A stretch of 64,000 nt of DNA. Origin: Felis catus. Taxonomy: Eukaryota. This document shows, piece after piece, positions 52,090 through 64,000 of this stretch. Where the stretch lies: positions 64,048,001 to 64,112,000 of the forward strand of contig NC_058368.1 in assembly GCF_018350175.1 (NCBI RefSeq), read 5' to 3'. Position 1 is the first letter of the stretch; each line of letters opens with the position of its first letter. A model generated the notes under the pieces. That model made no database searches and was not told where the DNA came from. It saw only the letters and a list, made by a program, of their open reading frames with translations. The translations under genes were made by a program, and so were the position numbers.

Positions 52090-52829
52090 AGAGGTCAACC
52101 TAATGACATTGTTAATATAAAATTAGTGTAACTGCATTGCAGGCAGTATATGTTCTTTTGGTTTAGGAAAGAAAAAGTTCATGAATTATTCTGTGATGTA
52201 CATGTGCATTCTTTGCTGTACTAGATTCTCATTATAAAAATTTGACCTTGCCTTCAGATAACAGCAACCCTTTGGTTTGCCCTTTGGAGAATCTGATACC
52301 ATGTGAAATGGACAGAGCTGAGGGAAGAGCCTTTGTTTAAATCACATGCTTACATGCATAGTCACTCAGTAGTAGAGTCACTTTGATTGAAAATATACAA
52401 ATGCTTAATATGTCAGTATTAGCATGAACAGCCTATCTAGAGAGAAGCTCAAAAATTGGTCACAACAGGTTCAGAGTTGGGCCCCATTAATTTCATAGAA
52501 GTTGGGATTAACCAAGTCTGTAGATTTTCACTGAAACTCGTTTATGATCTGCCACTGTAACTTTCATGCTCCATTTCCCCTCACACCAGTGACACAGAAC
52601 TTTTCCGTCTTTACTGAAACTGCCAAGCTTTTCCATGGATTAATGTCCTTACCATGCTATGCCTTGAGACTGGGATGAAATTCTCTGCTTTAATTATGCC
52701 AGCTCATGCGTATTTGTGCTTCAGTTTCCAAACTAAATGACCCACCTCCAATACGTCGCTTGCAAACACCAAGGAAAACATCTGTTGCTCCATCTTCTGT
52801 GCTGTCAAAGCACTTGGTTCAGGATATGA

Positions 52830-53030
52830 GTAACTGGCAGAATTTGGATTGGATTCCAATTCTCCAAATTACTCGATTGTATGACCTTGAACAAGTCACT
52901 AATATATTTGAGCATGAATTTCTTCCTCTATTGAATTAGAATAAGAGTACTAAACTCACAGGGTTACCAGGGTAAAATGAGATAATGTTTATAAAGTATC
53001 CAGTGAAGTATCTGAACCCACAAAGTGCTA
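52830..53030 (+). mobile_element. MIR
   Basis: tgtatgaccttgaacaagtcactaa...cacagggtt...aaatgagataatgtttataaagt. Confidence 0.8.
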
Positions 53031-53061
53031 CGCAGTGTTTTGTGGTACTGATGCTAACGAA

Positions 53062-53262
53062 TACTTTCAGTGCTTGCTGTGTGTCAGACATTCTTCCTAG
53101 TGAACTTTGTGTGTAACAACTCGTTTAATAGTTTCTGTTATCGTCTCTATTGTAAAAAATGTACACTGGAGCATAGACACTTGAAAACTTGCCCGAGGTC
53201 CCACGCCAGAAAATGGCAGAGATAGAATTTGATCCAAGGGATGTGTCTCCAAAGGCCACACT
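53062..53262 (-). mobile_element. MIR
   Basis: gtgcttgctgtgtgtcagaca...aacttgcccgaggtcccacgccagaaaatggcagagatagaatttgatcc. Confidence 0.8.
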
Positions 53263-54560
53263 TCCCTTGCTCCCTCTCATAACTACTACCTGCCATACCA
53301 TTACTCCTCCTACTACTAATAAGACTACTCACACCTGCTTCAGTAGGGTATCACATTGCTTTATACTTTATTACTTTATATGTATTGCCATACAACTAGT
53401 TTAAGAGCTCCTTGAGGGTGATTTATTTTTTTCTGGCCTTCTAGCATGCCTGGCCCATACTAACCCTCATTAAATATTTACTGAAGAGTGAATTAATGAA
53501 GTCCAATAAAGAGTAGAACATTTTAAGGTTATAAATGATCTAGAAGACTCTGTACTGATTTCTACTTTATAGACCTGTTTTATGTTGTGAATCTATAAAT
53601 CACAAGCATCGCTAAAATGGACACATTTTGTATATGTGTGGATATATGTATATATGTATATTATACACATTATATACATAAAGGCATATGTAGGTATGTA
53701 TATACAGAGAGAGAGAGAGAGAAGCCCTATTAGTTCTGTCTTTTGATGATGAATTCTAAATAGAAAATGCCAATGAGTCTTCACTGTTGAAGGATACTCA
53801 TCAGTACTCATGGTCTCATTTCTTTAAGCTCAGTGAAGTTACATGGTTTTGGCATGTCTGAAAGTTGTGTCAGACAAAACAAGCCTTCTGACTACCTAAA
53901 TGGGGTCTTGGTGGTATATCTAAAGCATTAATAACAGACAAGCAGATGATTCTTTCAGGTATTAATTTTCTTCCAACTAACCACATGTTTACAAACATTA
54001 AGGCTATTTTTCATATGGTTGCCGTACAGTTGACTAAGTAGAAGTAAGAGGCAAAATTGGAGGCTGAATTTTAAGCTTCTTCTCTTATCATTTTCAAATG
54101 CTATGATGAGAGTTGCACTAGCCCAGTAAACAATTGGGAATTTTCCTAGTTCCTGTGGAGTGTTCCCTACCATAGGACCAAACTAAAGAAAAGGAAAATA
54201 TTAAAGATAGTTGTAATGGTGAAGAATAAATAGTTTGGTCTAAAAATATATTTTGCTCAGTGAATTGCTACACATCTCATCAATACTACATTTCATTTTT
54301 ATACCTAGAAATCTTTGTTAACATGTTTACTACTTCTCCTGTGGAAGATTTATGAAACGGAGTGCTTGAAGGTGAGCAAGGAAAGGTTTTCTTGAAGAAG
54401 AGAGCTTCTCCTCATTAAAAGCTAAAGCTAAATGGATTGTTTGATATGAGTAACTTTAGGTATAACTTGGCAATTATGCAATGGAAAATAATAAACACTT
54501 TCAAATATCTACTCTATGGTATGTGCTCTACTAGGTATTACCAGTATAACAGCTAGTCTT

Positions 54561-54726
54561 TTTTTTTTTAATTTTGTTTTTTATTTTTTTTAAATTTGCA
54601 TCCAAATTAGTTAGCATATAGTGAAACAATGATTTCAGGAGTAGATACCTTAATGTCCCTTACCCATTTAGCCCATCCCCCCTCCCACAAACCCCTCAGT
54701 TTGTTCTCCATATTTGAGTCTTTTCT
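54561..54726 (-). mobile_element. 5'-truncated felid/carnivore L1 3' UTR
   Basis: Poly-T then catccaaattagttagcatatagtg...tgatttcaggagtagat...cccatttagcccatcccccctcccac. TSD acagctagtctt (54549-54560) / acagctaatctt (54727-54738). Confidence 0.9.
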
Positions 54727-56189
54727 ACAGCTAATCTTATTATTATGATTATTTACTTTTAATGATAGCTACCATTTTGTGATCATCAAGTGGCATAGGC
54801 AAATAAATGATGCAATATTCATAAATATTATACAACAATGAGAAAAGATAACTGTTAATCCACATATCATAGATGGATCTTACTAGCATAATTTTGTGCC
54901 AAAGAAGTCAAACACAGGGGCACTATTTGTGGTTCCTTAAAGTTGAAGGAAGACAAAATTAAGAGAAGTCAGGACAGTGCTTTTGTCTGTGGAGGAAGGC
55001 TGTTAATGGTGAGAAGAGAGTCTGGAAACGAGCTTAAGATTTGCTGGTGATGTTCTATTTTTTTTTTTTATCTGATGAAAGTGTATTCCACTGTGCAACA
55101 AAGTTCCCCTGGGCTCAGGTGTGTTCACTTTGTAAAAATCTATTAAGCTCTAACTTTCTGTGAGTATACAAGTCAATAAATTTTTACATCAAAGACAAGT
55201 TAAAGTAGGAAGTGAATAAGAAGAGAGATGACCTTAGCAAACTATGGAGAATGTAACTAATGTGGTCAAATTCAGTTGAGAATTAAGTTTAGATGAGCGT
55301 TAAGAAACAGTTATTAAATTTCATAAGTAGAAGGTCATTGGTGAATACTAAACTTATAAGAGCCTTTTCATATGTGCATTTGCTATGGAATGGTGGGTGT
55401 GGAAACCAGATTGCTGTCTGCTAAAGAATGGATGTATCAGATGGCAATGTTAGGGTATATCTTCCTTTTGAAATTTTAGGATCTTTTGTCAAGGCATAAA
55501 CAATTATATTGGGGAGACCCCTGAGTTTTTCTAAATGCCTTGTTCTCTTCTAAAACTAACATCTTGTTTAAATCATTAGAGAAATAGGTTACTTTTTCCT
55601 GACAATAATCACAACGAATGATTATTTCTACCTGGTACAGGTTGTGTGAGCTCTGGAGTAGACTGACCAGCAAACAATAGAATGCTTTTATACATTTTTG
55701 GCATTATCTAGTAGACTTAATTAGTAAATGTTTGGGGGAAAATTTTTGTGTAGTCTTAGTAGTAGTTTAATGTATTTATCTATTCTCACCCATGACTTGA
55801 AACATACATTTGAAAATGTCCATGATGATTCAGCCAGGGCAAATAAAATGTGCTCTCAGTAGCTATAGCTGTAACTGATGCTAAATAGACATTTCCCATT
55901 GTGAAAAAAAAATAAGGTGGACTCTAGTATCTCAATGGGACCTGTTATTAACCATTGGCTAGAGCTACTGAAAGCCAGTTTAGGAATGATTCTGCTGATA
56001 ATGAAATCATTACATAGAGGACAGATTATATAATGGTAGCTTTTGAGTCAATTCAGCATGCTGATGAATTTCATTTGTCACACTCCTAGTTATGTTTGTG
56101 GTTATTATATTTAAATGTCATAAAGTCATAAGGCAGTACCTATGCTCTCTAGATTGTCACAATTCCTGGTGCTTTATTATTTCTCCCCT

Positions 56190-56360
56190 CTAGGGTGGAA
56201 GTACAGAATAGTGACTGCAAGTGTGGGCTTTGGAACCAGTCCGCTTGGTTTGACCTTGGGCCATTACTTAATATATTTGTACCTCTGGTTTCTCATCTTC
56301 AAACTGATGAGGCACAGAGTTTTGTGCCTTTTAGGTAGAAGTGATCTAATCTAGAAAGCA
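56190..56360 (+). mobile_element. MIR fragment
   Basis: gtgtgggctttggaaccag...tgaccttgggccattacttaa...tgtacctctggtttctcatct. Confidence 0.7.
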
Positions 56361-56419
56361 ACGCAAGCAGAACATAATCTTAGTTATATACATGTACATG
56401 CTTTGAACTCAGTCTTATG

Positions 56420-56421
<2 letters not shown>

Positions 56422-56450
<29 letters not shown>

Positions 56451-56471
56451 CTGTGTGTATAGGGCACATGT

Positions 56472-56519
<48 letters not shown>
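56422..56519. repeat. Two (TG)n tracts (56422-56450, 56474-56519)
   Basis: Directly visible. Confidence 0.97.
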
Positions 56520-56521
<2 letters not shown>

Positions 56522-58539
56522 CACAAAGAAATTTTCACACAGGCACATAACATAAGGGAACATGCAGAAGGACATTTACTGGAACGTTTGTAACAAAGGG
56601 AAGAAATGGAACAAATACTGAAACGTTAGTTTTGCTGGTAGAAATAGGAGGCATCCTAAATGTTGCTTGAACAGTGAATAGGTAAAATGCATCAGGTACA
56701 CATCACAGTGTACTCTAAACAGTTAGACACAATAAATCCGGGCACCCATAGCAACATGGGCAGAATTTAGTCTAGTGTTGACTGATAAAACTTAGAAACA
56801 ATGAATTCTAGAGCATAACTTTGATAAGAATGAATAATACATGTACAAAAATACACCTTTTTCAAGTTTTCTCCCCCAAATATAGATTAAACACATTAGA
56901 ATCTTAACTCTTAGTGGGGGGGCTGGGTATAAGAATAAATAAGAATAAATAAATAAAACATGATAACAGTGTTGATATGTCATAATTTGACGATTCTGAG
57001 CTCATTCTTTTGCACCTGAGGAATGACATTAAGTGAAATTCAATGGAATATGAATCAGATAGTAATTCCTCATAAAAGACGTGATAAGGATTCCGTGAGT
57101 TCATAGTTAAAAACACACTTCCCTATTCCCTGGCTCAGAAATACTCAGTAATGTTCGCCATTGACTCATGTATGTAACTTGCTTAGTTCCAAAGGGAATT
57201 TTAGTTGTGAAGCCAGGTATAAAAGAGTGCTCGTTTGGAAACATATTTTAACCTTAAATTGCTTGTTTATCTGTTTTACCACGATGTCAATAAAAAGTTA
57301 ATGATTAAATATTTATAACTTTCCTATTTCTTTTTACATCTTCATTTAACCAGTTTTTCTCTCCTTATAGCTATAAGAATTTCACATACTTACACGTAAT
57401 TGTATGTACCTTCAGATGCATTGAAAGAAGAAAAGACACATTTGCTTAGAGCATAAGGGATTTTGGCCAATGTAAATGAATGAGAGGGTTTTAATTCACA
57501 AGGGTGAAAATTCATTTAGGCCTGTCAGATCCTACAAAGGAAAATCATCAACCAGAAAGGGGCAGTGAGGCATGATATTAAACAGCTGAATGTGTCAAAA
57601 TAATCACTCTGTGGTTATAGAGTCCCATTCAGTACCTCTGAGCTTGAGCTGTTGCTATTGTGTGGGATTTTCACCCTTCTTGATAAATTGACCTGCTTTT
57701 TTCCCCCTGATATAATTATCATGAACTTCTCTCTGAAATGCAAATTTAAGTTGAATATATCTACTGAGTTACAATTCTTGTAATATTTCATTTAAATATT
57801 AAATAAATTTCATTTATAAAGTAGATTTCCATATAGGAGGAAAGCAGTTTTTTTGGGATTTTTGTTTGTTTGGTTGGTTGGTTTTTGGGTTTTGGGTTTC
57901 TTTTTTCTTTTCCTTCTTCTTCTTCTTCTTTTTTTTTGCTATTTATTGGTACAAGGTAGAATTGGATTAATGAAGAATACAAGTTTTCTTCCTAATTGCC
58001 TGAACATCTAAATAGAAATAATTAGACAACTAAAGGTGCATTCCTCATGGAGACATGTGAAAGCCTTCTTATGCAGTATGCTTCTAGAAAGGTTCATTTT
58101 CGGGTCACTCAGCTGCCTGACATCAGTGAACTGAAAAATTCACTGAATTATTAATAAAGAACAACTTACTTTAACGTTTCCCTTTAGAGTTAGTGAGGAA
58201 AAGCAGAGAAAAAAGTAATAAACTTCTATTAATGTAATCAAAAACATACATTTGGAGTAGTATATGATCAGAAAAGAGATTCATTGTCAGTTTTCACAGG
58301 ACAGAGTTTCATCAAGAGGGTTGATGAAATATTTTGTTTTATTTCAGTAAATTAAGAGGGAGACAGACTATAATACATTGCTCCTTTGTGAAATCTTATA
58401 GTCTGCTAAAGAAAAGATTTGTAGACAGTCATTGAGACAGGTGTATGTATTCACTTTTGAATTATATCTATTTGCAGAGTATATTTTCTCTAAAATATTT
58501 CCTTGCAACTTGGGTATGTTTATTATTTGTTGTTTATGC

Positions 58540-58962
58540 TGTTAACCTTAACAACAAAATTGCTAGTTATTTTACTGGAAAAAATGGTTTATTTGGGACC
58601 CATAGAGAATTGCAATCTAGGACAAGCAAGCTAAGGCAAAACCATAGCAAGTCCAGAGAACAAAGGAGAGGGGGAAGTTGGGAGGGGTGTAATACACAAA
58701 AAAATCCATTAGAGGAAACAGACTTTAAAGTACCGTGCCTTTCATTGGCTGAGTCGGGACAGTCACTGGCTGGGCTGTTGCTGGTGGAGGAGGAAACCAT
58801 TCTTCCACCTGGTGATGCATAGTAAACTACTAGCCAAAGTAGTTATGCAAAGTCCCTCAATTCTTGTTGAGTATGCAATGGACCAGTGGTATGGGGTGAG
58901 CATTCCCCTTACCAGCCTCTCAACACCATTTTAAATAAAGTTTCATTTTATTACTTTTCACA
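58540..58962 (-). mobile_element. Solo LTR, probably ERV1 class, family not identified
   Basis: TG...CA termini (minus strand tgtgaaaagtaataaaatg ... ggttaaca), minus-strand AATAAA about 50 nt from the 3' end, CCAAT (attgg on +) inside, higher GC than the flanks. Confidence 0.65.
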
Positions 58963-60107
58963 ATATTGATGAATCAAAAATGATCAACAACCTAATATCC
59001 CAGGAACTCTAGCAGCCACAAATTTAGTTTACACAGTGTACTCATTTGTCATTACCCAAACTATTATGGGAGTCACAAAAGGCTTAATGCATTTAAAAAC
59101 TGATACCACTATTTAAAAAAATAATGATAAAAAACAAAGAAACAATGCATTTCTGTAGAAATTCACTGTTTACTATGAGAGTGTAGATAAGAACAAAATA
59201 CTGCAACAAAATGAATAGCTTTGTAGCATGTTATAAAAGCTTGAAATTACATCTTTGGAAAGGAACACTATTTCTGGTATGTTAAATTAACACATTTACT
59301 TTTCATGTTTATCTTGGTTATTTTTACCTTTTAAAAACATTTGTATTTTTCATATTATAAAAGTGAAATATGCTCATTTAGGAAAAAAGTTACAGTGGTT
59401 AGAATTATCAAGGAAAATACTAAAATAACCCATTATTTAAAAAAATGGTTTCACATTTATTTTTTCAGTCTTTCCTCCTTTGTTTGTTTATATTTTTAAA
59501 ATTTAAGTTAGAATTATACTCTATAAGCTCACTTGCTATTTCCAAAAAAATCATGAGAGATTTCTAAAAGTATAATACTCTTTTGTGTGAGAATTCTATA
59601 TTTTCACCATTAACAGTGCATTATCTGTATTGTTTTCAGTTTTGTAAACATTTGCATATGAAACGTTCCAAAGGAAATTTCTAGAATAAATGACATACCT
59701 TTTTAGGTTTCCTAAATCTATTAGCACAGGGTTTCAAAAGTTGATAAATTTGCAAGTCCATACTGAGTGTCTGTTTGCATACTTGCCAACATTATTTTAA
59801 TTTTTTATTTTCATTTGTATTTCTCTAATTCCTGTTGAAATTCAATATTTTGGCCAAATGTTCACTAGTTATAATTATTCCTTTTCTAAGTTTTCTCTTA
59901 CCAGAGCTTTGGACTGTATTCTTCGAAGCCTTTATATTTTTATTCTAATTAATCTGAATGAATACCCCATATTAATGACGTTAACATTTTTGTTGTTACC
60001 TTTGTAGAATATATGTCTGTAACCTTTTTGCCTTTTATTTTAACGATGTATTTTACCTTTATGAATTTGTCCTTTAATTAATTATATAACATGATCTTTT
60101 AGTTCAT

Positions 60108-60327
60108 ATTTTTTAAAAATTATTTTAATATTTATTTATTTTTGAGAAAGAGAGACAGCCTGCGAGCAGGGGAGGGGCAGAGAGAGAGGGAGACGCAGAA
60201 TCCAAAGTAGGCTCCAGGCTCTGAGCTGTCAGCACAGAGCCTGATGAGGGACTGGAACTCCTGGACCTCGAGATCATGACCTGAGCTGAAGTCAGACACT
60301 TAACTGAATGAGCCACCCAGGCGCCCC
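60108..60327 (-). mobile_element. CAN-SINE, full length
   Basis: Perfect TSD tcttttagttcat at 60095-60107 and 60328-60340. Confidence 0.96.
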
Positions 60328-60420
60328 TCTTTTAGTTCATCTGGATTGGTCATACATTTAGAAAATCTTTCCAAAATCGGAATTACAGTCACTTATTTTT
60401 TTTCCAGTTTTAAAGTTTTC

Positions 60421-60570
60421 ATATATATGTGTATGCCCATACATGTATGTATATATATACTTATATATTTATATGTAAATATATAAGTATATATATACTT
60501 ATATATATTTATATGTAAATATATATGCATATATGTATATATACTTATATACACACACACACACACACAT
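60421..60570. repeat. TA-rich tract with an internal ~38-40-bp duplication, then (CA)n
   Basis: gtatatatatacttatatatttatatgtaaatatata occurs twice with small length variation. Confidence 0.9.
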
Positions 60571-61081
60571 AATCCTTCAGGTTTTATAGATATAATTGTG
60601 GTATATAATATGAGATACAACATCTAAGATTTCCCTCCAAATATTTATTGTATTATCTATTATTTTTTTACCAACAGATTTAAATTTTAAGACAAATATA
60701 ATGTTTTTGAAACAATATGAATATAGGCTCGTTTATTAAAATAATCTTGCAAATGTTCTTTTAGCAGTACTTTATGTTTGTACTAACGGAAGCCTTGGAG
60801 TATGTGTTACCACCTTGTTGAGCCAGCTCCACGGTCTCACCACTACTATACCACTAGCACTTCTTTTCCTGATTTCCCTTTTCCTTCTGCTCTTCACCCT
60901 CTCTTGTTTCTCTCTTCCTGATCCACATTTGTCCTTTCCCCCTTCTCTTTATCTTCCTGTTTCCTTTTATGTTCTTCTTTCTCTTATTCTTCTCCTTTTC
61001 CTACTTTAAGTTTTTAACTTTTTGTTAGTTTTTAACCTATTAGCTGGCCTGCAGTGCTGGCATTATTTCCTTAAATATATA

Positions 61082-61083
<2 letters not shown>

Positions 61084-61118
<35 letters not shown>
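61084..61118. repeat. (TG)n microsatellite
   Basis: Directly visible. Confidence 0.97.
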
Positions 61119-61122
<4 letters not shown>

Positions 61123-61960
61123 AGATATTCCATGATTCTGAACAGAATAAAAGCATATATGATATTTATGTGGAACATCCCACATCTTACACTGTCTTTG
61201 TAACTCATCACTCCATGCACACATAAATATACATGCATGTGTGTTTAGTAATAAACATTGTACACGGTACTAAATATTTCTTCAACTTGGAAAGAAGGAT
61301 AAAAATAGTCTATTATAATTGAGCAATTTAGAAATGCTCTTTTTGGGTAGATACCTCTTTTTCTTAATCTCTGTTTTGAGGTGCAAAATATATGAGTTAA
61401 AAAAACCCATCTTCAATAACAGCACATCAGCATGTTCTGACAATTTTTTCCAATCCCATTACCATATGGTAACTGTGCTCTGAACTTTCATTTGATTACT
61501 CACTAATTCACTCATAGTACAAATATTTACTGACTGCCTCTCAGGCACCAAGGATATAGGTTCCATTTTCCTTGGGCAGTATCTGGGTAGGGGTGGGATG
61601 AGGTAGGGATAGCACAGCCACATATGAACAGGTACATGTATCAGATCAACACTAGCTATAGTGGACCTTGTGCTAGAAATACTAGAGGCAAATATGTATA
61701 ACAGAGAAAGTCACTGGGACAAGGCTACTTAAGCTAAGGTAATAAGGAAATGCATTGCTAGTTGACATTTGACTTGTGACCATTTGACTTTTAGGGAGAT
61801 ATCAGATCTCCTCAAAGCAAAGATGGAGTCTAGTGAGCTAGCGACTGTGCAACCAAGCCTTGTGGGTCTTGGAAAGGAGTTTGATTTGATTAGAATAGGG
61901 ACCGGAATCAAACCTTGATACATTACGTTACAGTACTTGTCTTTCAACTCTCATAGAGTA

Positions 61961-62350
61961 TTTTTCCAGCTTTATTGAGATATAATTGATATACAACATG
62001 TGTAAGTTTAAACTGTACAATGTAATGATTTTATATGGGTTAATAATGTGAAATGACTGCCACAATATTAGTTAACACATCCATCAAACTTTTGAGGTAA
62101 GAACTTTTAAAATCTACCCTCTTAGCAACTTTCAAATATGCAATACAGCATTGTTAACTATAGTCACCATGCTATGCATTACATCCCCAGGACATCTCCA
62201 TCTTGTAACTAGAAGTTTATACCTTCTGACCTTCTTCAGCTACTTCCCCCCCCCCAGCCCCCTCCCCAACTCCTGTTATTGGCAACCACCCATCTGTTCT
62301 CTGTTTCTAAGAGTTTGTTTTGTTTTTGTTTTTGTTTTTAGATTCCACAT
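61961..62350 (-). mobile_element. L1 3' end (L1MA9 / L1_Carn-type)
   Basis: cagctttattgagatataattga, tcttagcaactttcaaatat, ttaactatagtcaccatgct, tggcaaccac...tctgttctctgtttcta, tttagattccacat. Confidence 0.9.
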
Positions 62351-63379
62351 TCAACTTCTATTTCAGGTTTATTTTAAAGCATGTTTTCCCACCTGTCAAA
62401 TAGTTGATAATTTAGCAATTTTTGATGAAGACTCTCTTCTGTGAACACTATGGGTATACTGTTTACTGGTATTGGATAAATTGTGACAAACCTCCCCAAA
62501 CTCTATGATGAACTTACATATCTCAACCATTGAGAAATGTAGACATGATCAGAATTGTGCAGCTCTTTGATTTGAACTTGATGAAAATATATATTAGCCC
62601 AAACCCCTGTTTCTTTGTCACAGGTTCTTTATGGAAATTCCTGTAGGCACACATGTAATATGATTATAGTAGCAGTGGTTTTTATCTCTGGAATCAGCAG
62701 AGCCCAGATGCTTGCTTGTGTGATCACAAACATTCTTGCATGAAGGAATTAGCGAATATGATTCTGTAAGGCAATGTTCACCACAAATTACTTGTATAAT
62801 GCTTCCTACATTCAGGACACACCCCTGCAGTTTCTTTTAACCTTCACGATAAAGCAGTCAGGCAGGTGAAGCAGAGATATTATAGCCAAGGTAACTGAAG
62901 CTAAATGAACTTAGTGCAGGCACTGGCTTTGCTATTTATTAAAGAGCAGAGCTATAACTGGAGGGGGGGAGAAAACACCCTCCAAAGTTTAGTCCAAATT
63001 CTATTTGAAATAAAACACTGTGAAACAGAAAGCAAAATGCAATTATTTAAAGTTGCAACATACTTACTAGAAAGAGTTCTAAAATAAAAATTAGTATATA
63101 TGACATCTAGGCCTGGTTCTGCCACTTAGATTAGGTATATGTCACTGGGAAAGACACATTACATCCATGGGCCTCAGAATTTTTCTTCTGTAAATGAAGA
63201 AGAAATGGACCTCATTCCATCGTTTATTTATTCACCTGACACTTGATTTCGTGCTAGGTACAGTCCTCATCACCATAAAACTAGTATAGAAGACAGGCTG
63301 ATTAAAATGAAATGTTATCAGTGCATTGAAAGAGATGTGCACACCAAGATGCTATAATAATTTGTGGGTGGGATGTAAT

Positions 63380-63830
63380 CCTGACTCATTCATTCATTCA
63401 TTCATTCAAAAATATTATAGACTGTTTTTTTTAATGTTCTGAGAATTGTTCAGATGCTGAAAATGCACACATGAATATTGAAGGATTGGAAAAGGTAAAA
63501 GTTGGTGAAGAGGGAGTGCTGAGAGACTGGAACAGGAGGTATCAGGCAGAAAAAGAAGCAAGTGCAAAAGCAAGCTAGCAGCAAGGGAGATTGGAAAGGA
63601 GGTAGGAGTCCTTCCACGTAGGCCCTTTCTTGCTTTGGTGAGTAGTAGATACTTAATCTAAAATCCATGAGAAACTGAAAGATGGCATGGTCAGATGTAC
63701 ATGTTAAATAGTCACCCTGCAGCATTGTGAATATTGGATTAGAGGAACCAGTACTGGAGGCAGAGAGATAACCTAGGAGACTGGTGTAAGGGACTCCTGA
63801 CCTCATTTCTTTGCAAGACAGTGTGGCAAT
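63380..63830 (-). mobile_element. L2 fragment with (TCAT)n tail
   Basis: ctcattcattcattcattcattcaa followed by antisense L2-like text (tggcatggtcagat, actggaggcagagaga). Confidence 0.6.
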
Positions 63831-64000
63831 ATCCACAAAGATGGAAAATCCTTATCCCCTTAAACCAGTTGATTCTACTTCCAGGGAATGATCTGCCCCA
63901 TATATTCAAGAGTGCTCAGGAGATTTAGGGCTCTTTGAAATAGCAAAACATTATTTAAAAAGTGCTTTGAATGCTATACTTATGGCTATTTAAATAATGA

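Larger units (their letters stand above)
12460..64000 (+). other. GPC5: 5' part of the downstream GPC5 intron
   Basis: Begins GTAAGT. The next expected exon (Ser-Gly-rich heparan sulfate attachment region) is not seen in any ORF or by eye. Confidence 0.8.

Noticed and set aside
52830..53262. Tail-to-tail inverted MIR pair as a dsRNA hairpin
   Set aside because: Both copies are too diverged to pair extensively.
7405..60316. Recurrent short ORFs of the type MAQSVKRPTSAQV...LCLSLSQK that look like a paralogous peptide family
   Set aside because: They are translations of CAN-SINE copies, not genes.
1..64000. CpG island or promoter, processed pseudogene, snRNA/snoRNA/miRNA gene, or mitochondrial insertion
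   Set aside because: None recognised; CpG clusters occur essentially only inside young SINEs. Small RNA genes could be missed without an Rfam search.

Overview
AT-rich mammalian genomic DNA from a felid (cat family), identified by 19 tRNA-derived carnivore SINEs (CAN-SINE; the youngest look like SINEC_Fc). The only protein-coding sequence I can support is one 121-nt internal exon on the + strand (12339-12459; YTQRVVGNGIKAQSGNPEVKVRGTDPVINQIIDKLKHVIQ). I recognise it as glypican-5 (GPC5), most likely exon 6, so the rest of the window is the two very long flanking introns. The introns hold layered repeats: CAN-SINEs with target-site duplications (TSDs), L1/HAL1/L2/MIR fragments, solo LTRs (MaLR, ERVL, ERV1; all antisense to the gene), DNA-transposon MITEs (Tigger2-, MER45-, MADE2-like) and microsatellites. 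Nearly all ORF-track entries are chance or SINE-derived frames. I did not find a demonstrable new biological system. The best leads are: (i) candidate recursive-splice or microexon sites in the downstream intron (strongest: pyrimidine tract + CAG|GTAAGT at 28863/28864); (ii) a young, ~95% identical head-to-head SINE pair 92 bp apart upstream of the exon; (iii) a decayed minus-strand frame near 35.0-35.45 kb with Ty3/Gypsy-like reverse-transcriptase motifs in order. Repeat subfamily names come from recalled consensus sequences, not a search, and boundaries of old repeats are approximate.
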